Below the pieces are notes generated by a model. The model made no database searches, had not been told where the DNA came from, and saw nothing but the letters and a program-made list of their open reading frames with translations. From Naegleria gruberi (taxonomy: Eukaryota), in assembly GCA_000004985.1 (NCBI GenBank), contig GG738861.1: 64,000 nucleotides of DNA, one strand, 5' to 3'. Positions 44,744 through 55,065 of the stretch are shown here, in pieces. The translations under genes were made by a program, and so were the position numbers. Position 1 is the stretch's first letter. Each line of letters opens with the position of its first letter.

Positions 44744-46189
44744 ATGGGACTTTTTAAATTATTATTTGGGAAAAGAGATGGTAGTAGTAGGAGTAGTAGT
44801 AGAAAAAAGAAGGCTTCCTCTTCATCTCTCTCTTCGGATCATGTAATAGATTTATTTCAAACGTTTTCATCAAGCTTTATTCATGATAACATGTTGAAAT
44901 TTTTAACTTTTGATGATGTGATGAATCTATCTCTTGTCAGCACTCAATTCAGAAGTTTGGTACTTCAGTTATATGCGGTTGGTATTCGTATAGATGACGA
45001 GGAAAAGGAAGAAGATGTGAATACTAAAAAACAAAAAAAGAAAAAGATATTCATTGACTATAGATTGTTGAGCGAGCTTCCTTTTGAAAATGTTGTTAAA
45101 GTACAAGTATTTGGAAGACCTGTAAATATACCCAAGATTAATTGGAAATGCGTTAAAAAGTTATACTTTGATGTGCATTACTATCATGAATATTACAAAG
45201 TTTCGGATATTATTAATTCTGCTTTGGAAACAAATAGAGGTACATTGAGTGATGTTTGCATTCATAATACCAAATTTCCAAATGACAAGTTAACAGTATC
45301 ACGTATTATACAAGGAGTTAACCAAGGATTTTGCATTAGAAAATTGGAAACCTCTTTGGAAACAGACTTTTTCGATTTATTGAAAAGGGATGTTGTTATC
45401 AAGTATTTATCTGTAAAGGCAAACTTCTTCTTTGAAGAGGATTTTTTAGAGGGAAATGTAGGATTGTGTAAAGTAGAGAGATTTAAATGTGCCATCACTC
45501 ATGAAAATTTGAAACATTTTAAAAAGTTAATTACATTCCCAGAGTTTCAACCTGAAGTTTTGGAATTATGTATTTCAAATCAAATTTCACATGCATTACC
45601 AGAAATTTTGAAACTTTGTAATAGAGATGTCTTTAAGAGAATTATTCTTTCTGATTTGGATGGATGTTTTGTGTGGCACACATTGTCTACACTTAAAGAA
45701 GAGGATTTACCAAAATGCGAAATTGACATGTCCTTCTGTACACCTAGAGTTGATTCCCTAACAAAATTCAAACAGAATGAAAGAATTCAATCCTTGGCCA
45801 TTGCAGTTCACGAGCAACAAGAAATTGAAAAGCTTGTTTCCACACTGTCAACTGGTTACAAAAAATTAATTCACCTAATGATAACCTGCGAGAATCCCCA
45901 TATTTATAATGATCTAGTTTCATCCATGTCTAAGTCTTTCCATTTAATACACGCCCACCAAATAGTAATGTTCAAACGATTCAACTCTCAAGGTGCCATC
46001 AATTCCAAGAAAGTTTATGAATCTTGTAACAGACTGAGGAAGTTCACCATGTTAAAAATTCAAGAAAAGGTTACAACAAGACGTTGTTCAGCTGACAATC
46101 AAGAAATTAAAATTGTTGAAGACGTTCTTCCTTCTGCTCAATGGAAACATTACAAGAAACCAACCATCAAAATCCTCAATACCAATTAA
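44744..46189 (+). CDS. hypothetical protein, possible F-box-like N-terminus
   Basis: ORF 44681..46189 with first ATG at 44744 (MGLFKLLFGKRDG). The segment LKFLTFDDVMNLSLVSTQFRSLVLQLY is F-box-like. No other motifs. Confidence 0.45.
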   Translation: MGLFKLLFGKRDGSSRSSSRKKKASSSSLSSDHVIDLFQTFSSSFIHDNMLKFLTFDDVMNLSLVSTQFRSLVLQLYAVGIRIDDEEKEEDVNTKKQKKKKIFIDYRLLSELPFENVVKVQVFGRPVNIPKINWKCVKKLYFDVHYYHEYYKVSDIINSALETNRGTLSDVCIHNTKFPNDKLTVSRIIQGVNQGFCIRKLETSLETDFFDLLKRDVVIKYLSVKANFFFEEDFLEGNVGLCKVERFKCAITHENLKHFKKLITFPEFQPEVLELCISNQISHALPEILKLCNRDVFKRIILSDLDGCFVWHTLSTLKEEDLPKCEIDMSFCTPRVDSLTKFKQNERIQSLAIAVHEQQEIEKLVSTLSTGYKKLIHLMITCENPHIYNDLVSSMSKSFHLIHAHQIVMFKRFNSQGAINSKKVYESCNRLRKFTMLKIQEKVTTRRCSADNQEIKIVEDVLPSAQWKHYKKPTIKILNTN

Positions 46190-46363
46190 TTCCTAACCAG
46201 CCAATTCATTCCACCAATTTTATCCAACCCAATTTTGCTCCAATTTTTCAAAAATATTTATTTTAAATCATTACAAAATAACAAGATGATATTAATAAAT
46301 TGTAAAAGGTATAGACTTGCTAATACCAAAATAATTAATAATAATTAATTTTCAATTTAATAT

Positions 46364-47779
46364 TTAAAATAAAATTACAATAATGGCAAAAAGTGAAACC
46401 AATAATAACTTGAAACTGAAAGTTGTTTGACCATTAGCATCAGATCTTCTTGGAAGAAGTACATCAATATTTTCAAATGAACTTTCAGTTGAAATCTTGA
46501 ATCCATTCATTGAATTAATTGTCGATGATTGTCCAACATTCTTCCAAACTCTGTGTTGACATGTGTAATATCTTTCATAATATCTCTTACAAGATCTGTA
46601 AATACTACTATCCTCATCTACATATTGAGCATACCCCAAGCCAGGAGTTAATGAACTTGCCAATGGAGTTCCAATATACAATCCCTTATTATATAAACAA
46701 CTAATGACATCATAGAGTGGTCCTGCACAACTTGGCAAACATTTTCCCTTATTATTTCCATTACTGGCCTTGCCACCACAGACACAACCACCTGATAGGC
46801 TATTGCAAGAAGTGGAATTGTAACAAGTATCTCCATTATCGAGTGTAACATCTTGACAGGTTTTTGTATCCTTATTACAATAACCTGAATAACATTCAGT
46901 GTTATTTTGACAGGTAGATCCTTTCAATCCTGCTAATAATCTTTTACATTTGTTATTGGAACATGTTACCAATCCTGAATTTGTATTTCCACAATCAGAA
47001 TCTTCTCTACAATAATCACCAAAATCAGCAAATCTTTGACAGATGGCATCATTTGAATCCTTACTCTTTCTACAGGAATAACCAGTTTGACAACTGCTTG
47101 TTTCATTACATTTAGCTTCTAATCTAATCGAATTAATGCAAATTGAGTCTTCTCCACAATAAAAAGAAGCTTGACAAACTCTATATTCCTTAAATGGATT
47201 AAAAACTCGAGTACAATTTTCATCCTTGCTAACCATTGGAGTTTTTAAACAAGAACCCAAAACACAGGAAGCTCCAAATTCACACGAGTAATACAATCCT
47301 TCATTATTATCAACATCTCCACATTTTTCACCAATTTTCTTTGTAAACTTTACCTTATAAGGTTTACATTTGCTATCTTTACAATAAAGACCTCCTTTCT
47401 TAACAGAAGCTTTTGTTGTAACACATTGTTCATGTTGCGAACATGAATCTCCTTCAACTCTATCAGCACTATAACACTTATTGTAAACACATTTCATATA
47501 ACCGAATTTACAATCAGAATCTTTGGAGCAATTTGTGTTCATGATTTTATCATAAACTGTTTGGAATGGTTGGCAACCATTTCCATCGTTAATAAAGGAA
47601 ATTGGACAAGCAACATTTGTGGTACTTTCTTTTTCATCAATGTACAGAGATTGACATGTTTGTTGGAATGTGACAAGTGGCAGGAGAAGAAAGACAGCAC
47701 AGGTGAGACAGATCGTTAGAAGATTTAGCTGTTTGGAAGAGTAATTGTAAGAAACAAGATGATGGTGTGGTTGTTGCAT
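46364..47779 (-). CDS. secreted cysteine-rich repeat protein with C-terminal hydrophobic (GPI-like) tail
   Basis: Signal/anchor LLTICLTCAVFLLLPLVTF. At least 8 tandem Cys-rich modules of the form C-x(3-5)-[DS]-x-[DE]-C-x(4-9)-C-x(3-5)-[KN]-C (for example CSKDSDCKFGYMKCVYNKC, CREDSDCGNTNSGLVTCSNNKC). Ends FSFKLLLVSLFAIIVILF. Confidence 0.6.
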   Translation of the reverse strand: MQQPHHHLVSYNYSSKQLNLLTICLTCAVFLLLPLVTFQQTCQSLYIDEKESTTNVACPISFINDGNGCQPFQTVYDKIMNTNCSKDSDCKFGYMKCVYNKCYSADRVEGDSCSQHEQCVTTKASVKKGGLYCKDSKCKPYKVKFTKKIGEKCGDVDNNEGLYYSCEFGASCVLGSCLKTPMVSKDENCTRVFNPFKEYRVCQASFYCGEDSICINSIRLEAKCNETSSCQTGYSCRKSKDSNDAICQRFADFGDYCREDSDCGNTNSGLVTCSNNKCKRLLAGLKGSTCQNNTECYSGYCNKDTKTCQDVTLDNGDTCYNSTSCNSLSGGCVCGGKASNGNNKGKCLPSCAGPLYDVISCLYNKGLYIGTPLASSLTPGLGYAQYVDEDSSIYRSCKRYYERYYTCQHRVWKNVGQSSTINSMNGFKISTESSFENIDVLLPRRSDANGQTTFSFKLLLVSLFAIIVILF

Positions 47780-48390
47780 TTTGTTTATCTTGTAAAAGAT
47801 GAATGTGGACGAAACTTTGATTCTATTGGAACGAATGTCATTGAAATGTCAAGAATGAACTTGATTTTACCATTAAAACATGCGGAAACTGGAGGTTCCA
47901 GTGAGTGTAATTTATGTTACCATTACAACAACAAACTTTCCCTGTCACTTTTCACTTTTTGAATACATTTTTGTTGAACTACAGTTTTACCACAAATTCC
48001 TTACATTCCAATGAATCTTCTTCCTTAGATCTATCCACAAATTATTAAATTTAATATTTCTCACTATCAAAAGAAGTAATTTAGTCAAAAACTCTCCAAA
48101 GTCTTTAAAAGAGCGCCAAATTTTTTTTTCTCTTCATTTGCCGTGGGAGGACCTTTTACGGACATTTTCATCACCCAAAAAAATCACAAAAAAAAATAAT
48201 TAAATTCAATACCTTTGAAAAAACCCTTTTTGATTTTGAAAAGATCATCATCATACGGAATCAACAACAACAAGAAAAAAAATACTACCACCGATACACT
48301 TTGTTTTAAAATAGTATCATCATCATTAGCTTGATTTTTTTATTGTATATGATATAATAATATTTATTAATCTATTTTGTAATTAGAAAA

Positions 48391-50022
48391 ATGTCAATGC
48401 ATCCGAGTCATAGTGGAAATCATTTAAATGTTCCTGCTGGAAATGATGGAATGACCAGAGTTAAATCTATTGAATTTTTACATTTGGGATATGAACAACA
48501 AACTCCTCAATCATTATTTCACAATTTGAGACAACCTGTTCATAAACATGAACCACAAGCGCACTATAATCATTCTGAATGGGTTGCTAGTTTACAACCA
48601 ATTTTTGAGAATTATTTCCATGCTGAATTACATTTAATCAAAGATCAGGAATCACATTTGAAAAATACTGTGAGAAGAATTGTAAAGAAAATTTCTGAAA
48701 AGAATGAAAAGGGAGAATCATTCTTTGTTGTTGATTTGTCACATATTGTGAGACAGATTGAGAGATGGAGAAAGGCAATGACAATCTATCCAAAGGATCA
48801 ACAAAAGATTGAAATTGATGATCGTGGTGTGAGACCTTTCTATGCTGTGAAATGTAATCCAAATGAAAATATTGTAAAGGTTTTGTACATGATGGGATGT
48901 GGATTTGATTGTGCCAGTGAGGCTGAAATTGCACTCGTTTGTGAGACTTGTAAAGAAGTTGATACTTGGTTGGAAAATAATCAACAATTCTATGAAAGTT
49001 TGACAATTGTTAATCCAGATCCTTCATTGGAACAAATTAAGAATAGAAGATTTGTTCCTGGACGTGATATCATATTTGCTCATCCATGTAAACAAATTTC
49101 ACACATGGAATATGCTGCAAAAGTTGGTGTTGAGCTTACTACGCTCGATTCCGTTTGTGAAATTGAAAAGATTGCAGAACATTGGAAGGCTGCCAAGTGT
49201 GTAATCAGAATCAAGACTGATGATTCACATGCAACTGTTGGTTTCTCTGCCAAATTTGGCTGTAGTAAGTTTGGTCAAACTATTCTCCTCGAAAAAGCAA
49301 AAGCTCTTGGTGTTAATATTTATGGAATTTCATTCCACGTTGGAACCAATTGCTCAGATACAAATTCCTATAAGAAGGCCCTTCAAGATGCTGCAGAGCT
49401 TGCAAAACTTGCAATCAAATATGGATACAAGCTCTCTTTGATTGATATTGGAGGAGGTTTCATGGGTAGAATTAATGATGAAAATCCAATGGAAACTGTA
49501 GCCTCTCAAATCGTTCCTGAAATTCAAAAACTCTTCTTGAGAGATGAATCAACCAATGCAGACGATTCAATCATTGATCCAAAGACTATCAAATTAATTG
49601 CAGAGCCAGGTCGTTACATTGTCAGTGCTTCACATACCCTTGTCTGCAATGTTCACACTGTTAAGGATATGAGATTGGAGAATGAGCAATTGAAGAAGGA
49701 AGGCATTCCAACACCTGACGATTTTATCTATTACCTCAATGATGGAATTTATGGCTCTTTTAATAATATTGTCTTTGACTATGTCCACTTAGTTGTAAAT
49801 ATGATCATGTCCAAGTCAACCAAACATGAAAAGAAGTATGCATCTACCTTGTTCGGGCCTACATGTGATTCATTAGACTGTTTGAGTAGAGGATATCCAT
49901 TACCTGAGCTACATGCAGGAGATTATTTGTTTTTCAATAATTTTGGAGCTTACACAACTGCAGCTGCCTCAGATTTCAATGGTATGAGAACCAAAAGAAT
50001 GTTTTACATTTGGAGAAACTAA
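48391..50022 (+). CDS. ODC1: ornithine decarboxylase (PLP-dependent, group IV decarboxylase) with N-terminal extension
   Basis: PFYAVKCNPNENIVKVLYMMGCGFDCASEAEIALV (PLP-Lys region), GISFHVGT, IDIGGGF and EPGRY motifs. The ~130-aa N-terminal leader is absent from animal ODCs but present in many fungal ones. Confidence 0.9.
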   Translation: MSMHPSHSGNHLNVPAGNDGMTRVKSIEFLHLGYEQQTPQSLFHNLRQPVHKHEPQAHYNHSEWVASLQPIFENYFHAELHLIKDQESHLKNTVRRIVKKISEKNEKGESFFVVDLSHIVRQIERWRKAMTIYPKDQQKIEIDDRGVRPFYAVKCNPNENIVKVLYMMGCGFDCASEAEIALVCETCKEVDTWLENNQQFYESLTIVNPDPSLEQIKNRRFVPGRDIIFAHPCKQISHMEYAAKVGVELTTLDSVCEIEKIAEHWKAAKCVIRIKTDDSHATVGFSAKFGCSKFGQTILLEKAKALGVNIYGISFHVGTNCSDTNSYKKALQDAAELAKLAIKYGYKLSLIDIGGGFMGRINDENPMETVASQIVPEIQKLFLRDESTNADDSIIDPKTIKLIAEPGRYIVSASHTLVCNVHTVKDMRLENEQLKKEGIPTPDDFIYYLNDGIYGSFNNIVFDYVHLVVNMIMSKSTKHEKKYASTLFGPTCDSLDCLSRGYPLPELHAGDYLFFNNFGAYTTAAASDFNGMRTKRMFYIWRN

Positions 50023-50092
50023 ATCTATAGATCCATAAAATTATGGATCACCTATTAAAGTCTTTATTCCAAGCAATTGCCCACACAAATTA

Positions 50093-52219
50093 TTAATTAT
50101 TGAAATTCCTAGCGATTCTTGGCATAAAATTTTTCATTGTGTTTGCTAAAAACTGAGCTGATGGTAAATCTCTCTTTCTCTGATCATCTGCAGAGGTTGT
50201 TGCAGTTGAAGAGCTTTCATGACTTGATGTTGGAAGAGAGGATGCTTGATCATTTGTTGAGGAAGAAATGGAGTCTAAGGGAGGACCACAATTTGGTGGT
50301 GAAATGTTGACAACGAGAGCTTCAATTGCATTCATAATAGGTCCATAAACTTTGGTTGTTCTTCCATATTTTGAGGAAAAGTGTTTTAGTCCTCTCATAT
50401 CTCTATCCAAGGAATTGAGAATATTTGTTTTAATCAGAGGTACATTTGAAATTTCATTATCAAAAAATAATTCGAAATGTACTTGGGCTGCCAGAGCAAA
50501 TGCAAATATAAAACTTGATAACATGCCTGGGAAATAGGGATTATCAACAATTTCACTAATTTCATCCGCATATTTGAGCATTTCCAATTTCACAAATCGT
50601 TTGTCCTTTGGATTCTTTGCGAGGACCACTCTTAATGCTTCAAGTCTGTGTAAAGCAACATTGAGTTTGTCCATCATTAGACCTATTTGTACATATTCTG
50701 GAACATGTGATCTTCCTTTGTGGCTCTTCTTCATTAAAATGTGTAAATCATCCAATACAGACATTTGCTGCGCAAAAGTAAATTCATTAAGGTCCGCATC
50801 AAGTATTTCAACAAAATTCTGTGGTAATTCATTTCCTGTTGCTATTTTGTAAGACACTGCAACTAGATTGCTATATTTTTGGCCCTTATTCCAATCCAAT
50901 CTATTGTCATAGAAAAATATACTCGTAACTCCTCTCTTCTTATCTAAATTATTTACAATAAAATGTTCGCTATTTCCAAAACATGGCAAACCTCGAGCAA
51001 TTTGTCGTGCTCTTCTTTTAAAATACTGGTCAACCAGTGTTAAATAATTACTCGAAAGTTCATCCTCTCCCTCTCCAGCTAAAAAGAATGAAATATAATT
51101 ACATGTGCAGGCAACAGCAAATGATTCCAAATCATCATAAATTTTCCCTAAATACTTTTTACACTCGTTAAATGCTTCAATGGCTTTGTCTCTTCTGCCC
51201 ATGCTGCAGAGTTTTGAAATTTCAATACTTTGTAATGGCTTAACAACTTACTATTGGTCACACAGAGCCTGAATTGAGTAAAAAAGTGAAAGACTATATT
51301 CATTATCATCTAATTCTTCCGTTCCATTTCGAAAAAACAAATCCTCCATTCTCGTTTGTTGCATAGTTGACATTCCCATTGACAACTTTCTATAATAAAT
51401 ATCTACAGTTTGTTTTTTTACAGAATTCTTTACAAAAGTATGAGCCCATTGTGTTTGTGGTTCCATATTTTGATTCCAAATCATTAAATATTTCAAATTA
51501 TCCTCAATTTTATCTGAATGATGATCTTTATCCTTCTTATTCTTTCTAATATATTGTTTGTTCTTTCCTGGTGTATATTTACATTCCCGTCCATAGGTCA
51601 CACATTCTGTGCATTTCGGTTGTTTTTTATCACATTTCCTGTGCAGTTTTCTGCAACCAACACAACTCAGTGTTGGTTTAAATTCGCCATCATGATTCGT
51701 TCGACTTTGACTAGAATTAGATATTGATAATGGTACCACAGCAGTAGCAGTAGTACTACTATTCGTTTCATTATTACTATTTTCGTCCAACATTGTCATT
51801 GATCCAACAATATTACTATTATGACTAACAAGTAAAACTCTTTCCGAAGGCAAGGCTTCAACACTTTCTAGCCTATTTTCCTTTGATTTTTCCATATTCA
51901 TCATCATCACACCATCACCAGAGCATGTTGATATTAATTGATGATCACAACTAGTACTACCTACTACTCCATCATGATATTGCCGTTGCTGTTGATATGA
52001 ATGTTGTTGTTGTTGATGAAATTTGTTATTCGGGTGTGGTGTTGATGCTCTGTTGAGGTCTTTGGGCATTTTTCTTGAGATTTGAACCACAGCACAAGCG
52101 GTGTTTGAAAGGAGATTGAGAATTTGCTGAAACATTGTAATGTTTATTAACATTGAACAAGTTGATTGATTGGATAGGTTCTTGGATAAGAGGTTAATAA
52201 GGCAATTGCCTCTTTTCAT
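50093..52219 (-). CDS. Zn(2)-Cys(6) binuclear-cluster transcription factor; 2 exons (52219..51252, 51203..50093) with 48-nt GTAAGT...CTGCAG intron
   Basis: CVGCRKLHRKCDKKQPKCTECVTYGRECKY is a canonical GAL4-type Cys6 cluster. ORF 50093..51202 (MGRRDKAIEAF...) is in frame after the intron is removed (…ALCDQ|Y MGRRD…). Q-rich N-terminal region. Confidence 0.75.
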
Positions 52220-53709
52220 TCCTCCTCAATTGATTCTATGATTCTTAACTTATTCGCAGTGGTTTCAACATTGGCAAACGGAAGATCAACCTCCAAATTG
52301 GCTGGAAAATTGGTATTCTTCTTAATGAGGTGGATTCCACTCACTGAAATCTTGGTTCTATAAATGTCTAAATAGGTGAGCTTGGTGAGAGTTGTAGAAT
52401 TGGCAAAGTCCTGCGCTGTATCATCGTCAAGAGTTGAATTTCTACTAATTCTCAAATCGTTCAAGTTTTGATAGGTATCAGATTCTGTAATGATTTTTGC
52501 TGAACTCGTCTTGATACGTGTATTGTCTAAATCTAAGGATTCCACACTGCTTAAATCACACTTTTGGAATAGGGTCGATCCATAGTAGGAAATAGTGTTA
52601 TCTGCAATGGAAAATGTGTGAAGATTCTTTAACCATTTACATTGTATCATGGCATCATATCCTTCACTTGTCCCACCCATCTTATTCTTGGAAATATTAA
52701 GGCTTCTCAACTTAGAAAGGTGAGAACTTTCGAATATAGCTTTAGCTCCTTCGTCCATTATTTCATTGAAACCAATGTTTAGTTCTGTGAGATGCGATAA
52801 ATCTTCACAATTGGCAATGTATTTTGCTCCTTCAGTACCAATACTATTTCTACACAATCCAAGTGTTCTAAGATTCTTGAGTTTACCACTTTCACACAAA
52901 TCCTTAATACCACTTGTTTCAATGCCACACCAATACATTTCTAAAAAAGTTAAATTGTTGAGATAGGGACTATTGGCTAAACATGTAGCTCCTGTTGAGA
53001 GCAAGTGTGTTTGTGCAAGATCCAATGTTACCAAATTTGACATATTTTCACTGCTGGCAATTATTTCTAAACCTTCACTTTCAATAAACGTCTCTGCAAG
53101 CTTTAAACATTTCAATTTAGGACAATTATCGACAATCACTCTAATTGTGTCCTTAGAGAGAATATTTCTACTCAAGACTAAAGTTTCCAAGTTTGGAACA
53201 TTTTTAAAACCATTCACTGTACTGTCACTCTTCAAGCTATTGTAATACAGATTCAGATACTTGAGATGAGATACATTAGGAGTTGACAAAAATGCGTCCA
53301 ATCCACTGTTATTAATACTAGATTTCCCAATTGTTAAATATTGTAATCTAGTCAACTTGCTTTCACCAATGAGTGAAATTTCATCCTTCAAACTAGTTCT
53401 CTTTTCAATGTGCAAACTAGTAAAACAATTTGCAAAACTACTATTCAACCTCTTTTTCAGAGTGACAGGACCACATGAAGACCAGCTATTTGTATTCAAA
53501 ACCAAGTTTAAATTACCACACACAATCAACCATTGCTTTGAAACGAGAATACATCGACGTAAAATTTGAGCATTTGGTAAATAGGAGAGAATGATTGTGA
53601 TCATCTCATCCGGAAGATAGAATGGTTCGTTGCCTGATGACAACAAGTCGGTGTTGGCTTTGGTTTTCTTTTCATTTTTTTGATCTCCGAAGGTTTGTTT
53701 TCTTTTCAT
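52216..53709 (-). CDS. F-box / leucine-rich-repeat protein (RNI-type LRRs)
   Basis: F-box LPDEMITIILSYLPNAQILRRCILVSKQWL. At least 12 LRRs of RNI/AMN1 type (L..L.L..N.I...G...L). Probable start at 53709 (aaaaaaATGAAAAGAAAACAAACC). Its stop codon overlaps the first ATG of the downstream Zn2Cys6 ORF. Confidence 0.7.
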   Translation of the reverse strand: MKRKQTFGDQKNEKKTKANTDLLSSGNEPFYLPDEMITIILSYLPNAQILRRCILVSKQWLIVCGNLNLVLNTNSWSSCGPVTLKKRLNSSFANCFTSLHIEKRTSLKDEISLIGESKLTRLQYLTIGKSSINNSGLDAFLSTPNVSHLKYLNLYYNSLKSDSTVNGFKNVPNLETLVLSRNILSKDTIRVIVDNCPKLKCLKLAETFIESEGLEIIASSENMSNLVTLDLAQTHLLSTGATCLANSPYLNNLTFLEMYWCGIETSGIKDLCESGKLKNLRTLGLCRNSIGTEGAKYIANCEDLSHLTELNIGFNEIMDEGAKAIFESSHLSKLRSLNISKNKMGGTSEGYDAMIQCKWLKNLHTFSIADNTISYYGSTLFQKCDLSSVESLDLDNTRIKTSSAKIITESDTYQNLNDLRISRNSTLDDDTAQDFANSTTLTKLTYLDIYRTKISVSGIHLIKKNTNFPANLEVDLPFANVETTANKLRIIESIEEE

Positions 53710-54150
53710 TTTTTTAGATGGTGTTGATTCATTTTTTCTAATTTTTATTAGAAGTTTAAAATTTATTGCAAATATTAAATATTTGACTGATACATTGCAA
53801 GAATGAAAAGTGATAATTTTGCCGATGAATTGGTGGAAAATTCTTTCATCAACCGTAAGAATTCTAAGGCACGGCACTAGCACTCACACAAGGAGCAACT
53901 TAAGCTAATAATTGTTGTGTTCGATTTTAGAATACAAGTGCTTGACTTGCACATTTCCAATGTTTTCGTTCTGGCATGGTATTTGTGGTGCTACTACTGT
54001 GAGGAAAGAATCAATTTTTTGGATGTAAATTGTATTTTAAACGCAAATGAATTAAGAATGTTCTTCAAGGGTTGGACACAATTTGTACTACTAAAACTTT
54101 ATAATGATTGGACCAATTATTGCGAAATATGGATCTCAAATATGTTACAA

Positions 54151-55005
54151 CTATGTTATTTCTTTTGTTTTAAAGGTCTGCTCAATTTGATTCAATTCAC
54201 TTCTGATATTATTTGAGTTTGTAAATTGAACTCCAAAATCATCTCTATTGAAATAGCTCTGAGTAACTTGAAAAATACAAGTCATGGGAGGTTTGAAACT
54301 TTCCTTGAAATCCTTCATTGAAAATTGCATTGATTCCAACTCCAATTCATACTTGACAGATAACAGTACTATCGAATAGGTTGAGATTTCATATTGAACT
54401 AAAAAATGTGAAATATCTGATTGAAGAATGTCTTCATTGAGGCGATTGGTTGCAATTCTTTTTGGAATTAGTAAATGATGAATTTTCTTTGTGTTTTCCT
54501 GTAGTAAATTTTCATTAGAAATGAATAGCAAATTAAGATTATACTCTTTGGATTTCTTATTTAGGAAATTAAGGAAACTTTCTGGAAGAGATTCTTGGTT
54601 TCCAATAATTCTAGTGACTAGTACTAGTTTATCAGTATCTTTTACAAATTCTGATTTTCTGATATCCAAATTAGCATTTTCCACTTTCAAATTATCTTCA
54701 GTAGTTGTAGATTGTGTTGCAATTACAGAGCTTTCACAATTATTCACAAAATTATTATTCGAATCGGAATTTACAATATTAAAATAATGATATGGGAGAT
54801 ATAGAGCAATTACTCCAATCAAGATGATAAATAAATTCGGTACTATTGCTGATAAATTGATTTTTGAGTTATTGTTTCGTCTAAAATGTTTCTTCCGAAC
54901 ATATAAAATCATCTCCCTCCTTTCCAATAAATCATCTGAATCTTCTGAATCTTCTGAAACGTGATGACTCACTTGCTGCTTCCTCAAAGTCCCATACGCA
55001 CGCAT
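54151..55005 (-). CDS. hypothetical type II membrane protein
   Basis: N-terminal cytosolic acidic segment, one TM (LFIILIGVIALYLPYHY), and a lumenal/extracellular domain with weak similarity to the C-terminus of the adjacent gene 55066..56763. Confidence 0.45.
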   Translation of the reverse strand: MRAYGTLRKQQVSHHVSEDSEDSDDLLERREMILYVRKKHFRRNNNSKINLSAIVPNLFIILIGVIALYLPYHYFNIVNSDSNNNFVNNCESSVIATQSTTTEDNLKVENANLDIRKSEFVKDTDKLVLVTRIIGNQESLPESFLNFLNKKSKEYNLNLLFISNENLLQENTKKIHHLLIPKRIATNRLNEDILQSDISHFLVQYEISTYSIVLLSVKYELELESMQFSMKDFKESFKPPMTCIFQVTQSYFNRDDFGVQFTNSNNIRSELNQIEQTFKTKEIT

Positions 55006-55065
55006 AGATGTAAAGTATTTTTTTTTAAATTTAATTTTAAATCAAAATTTAATTTAATTTGAAAT

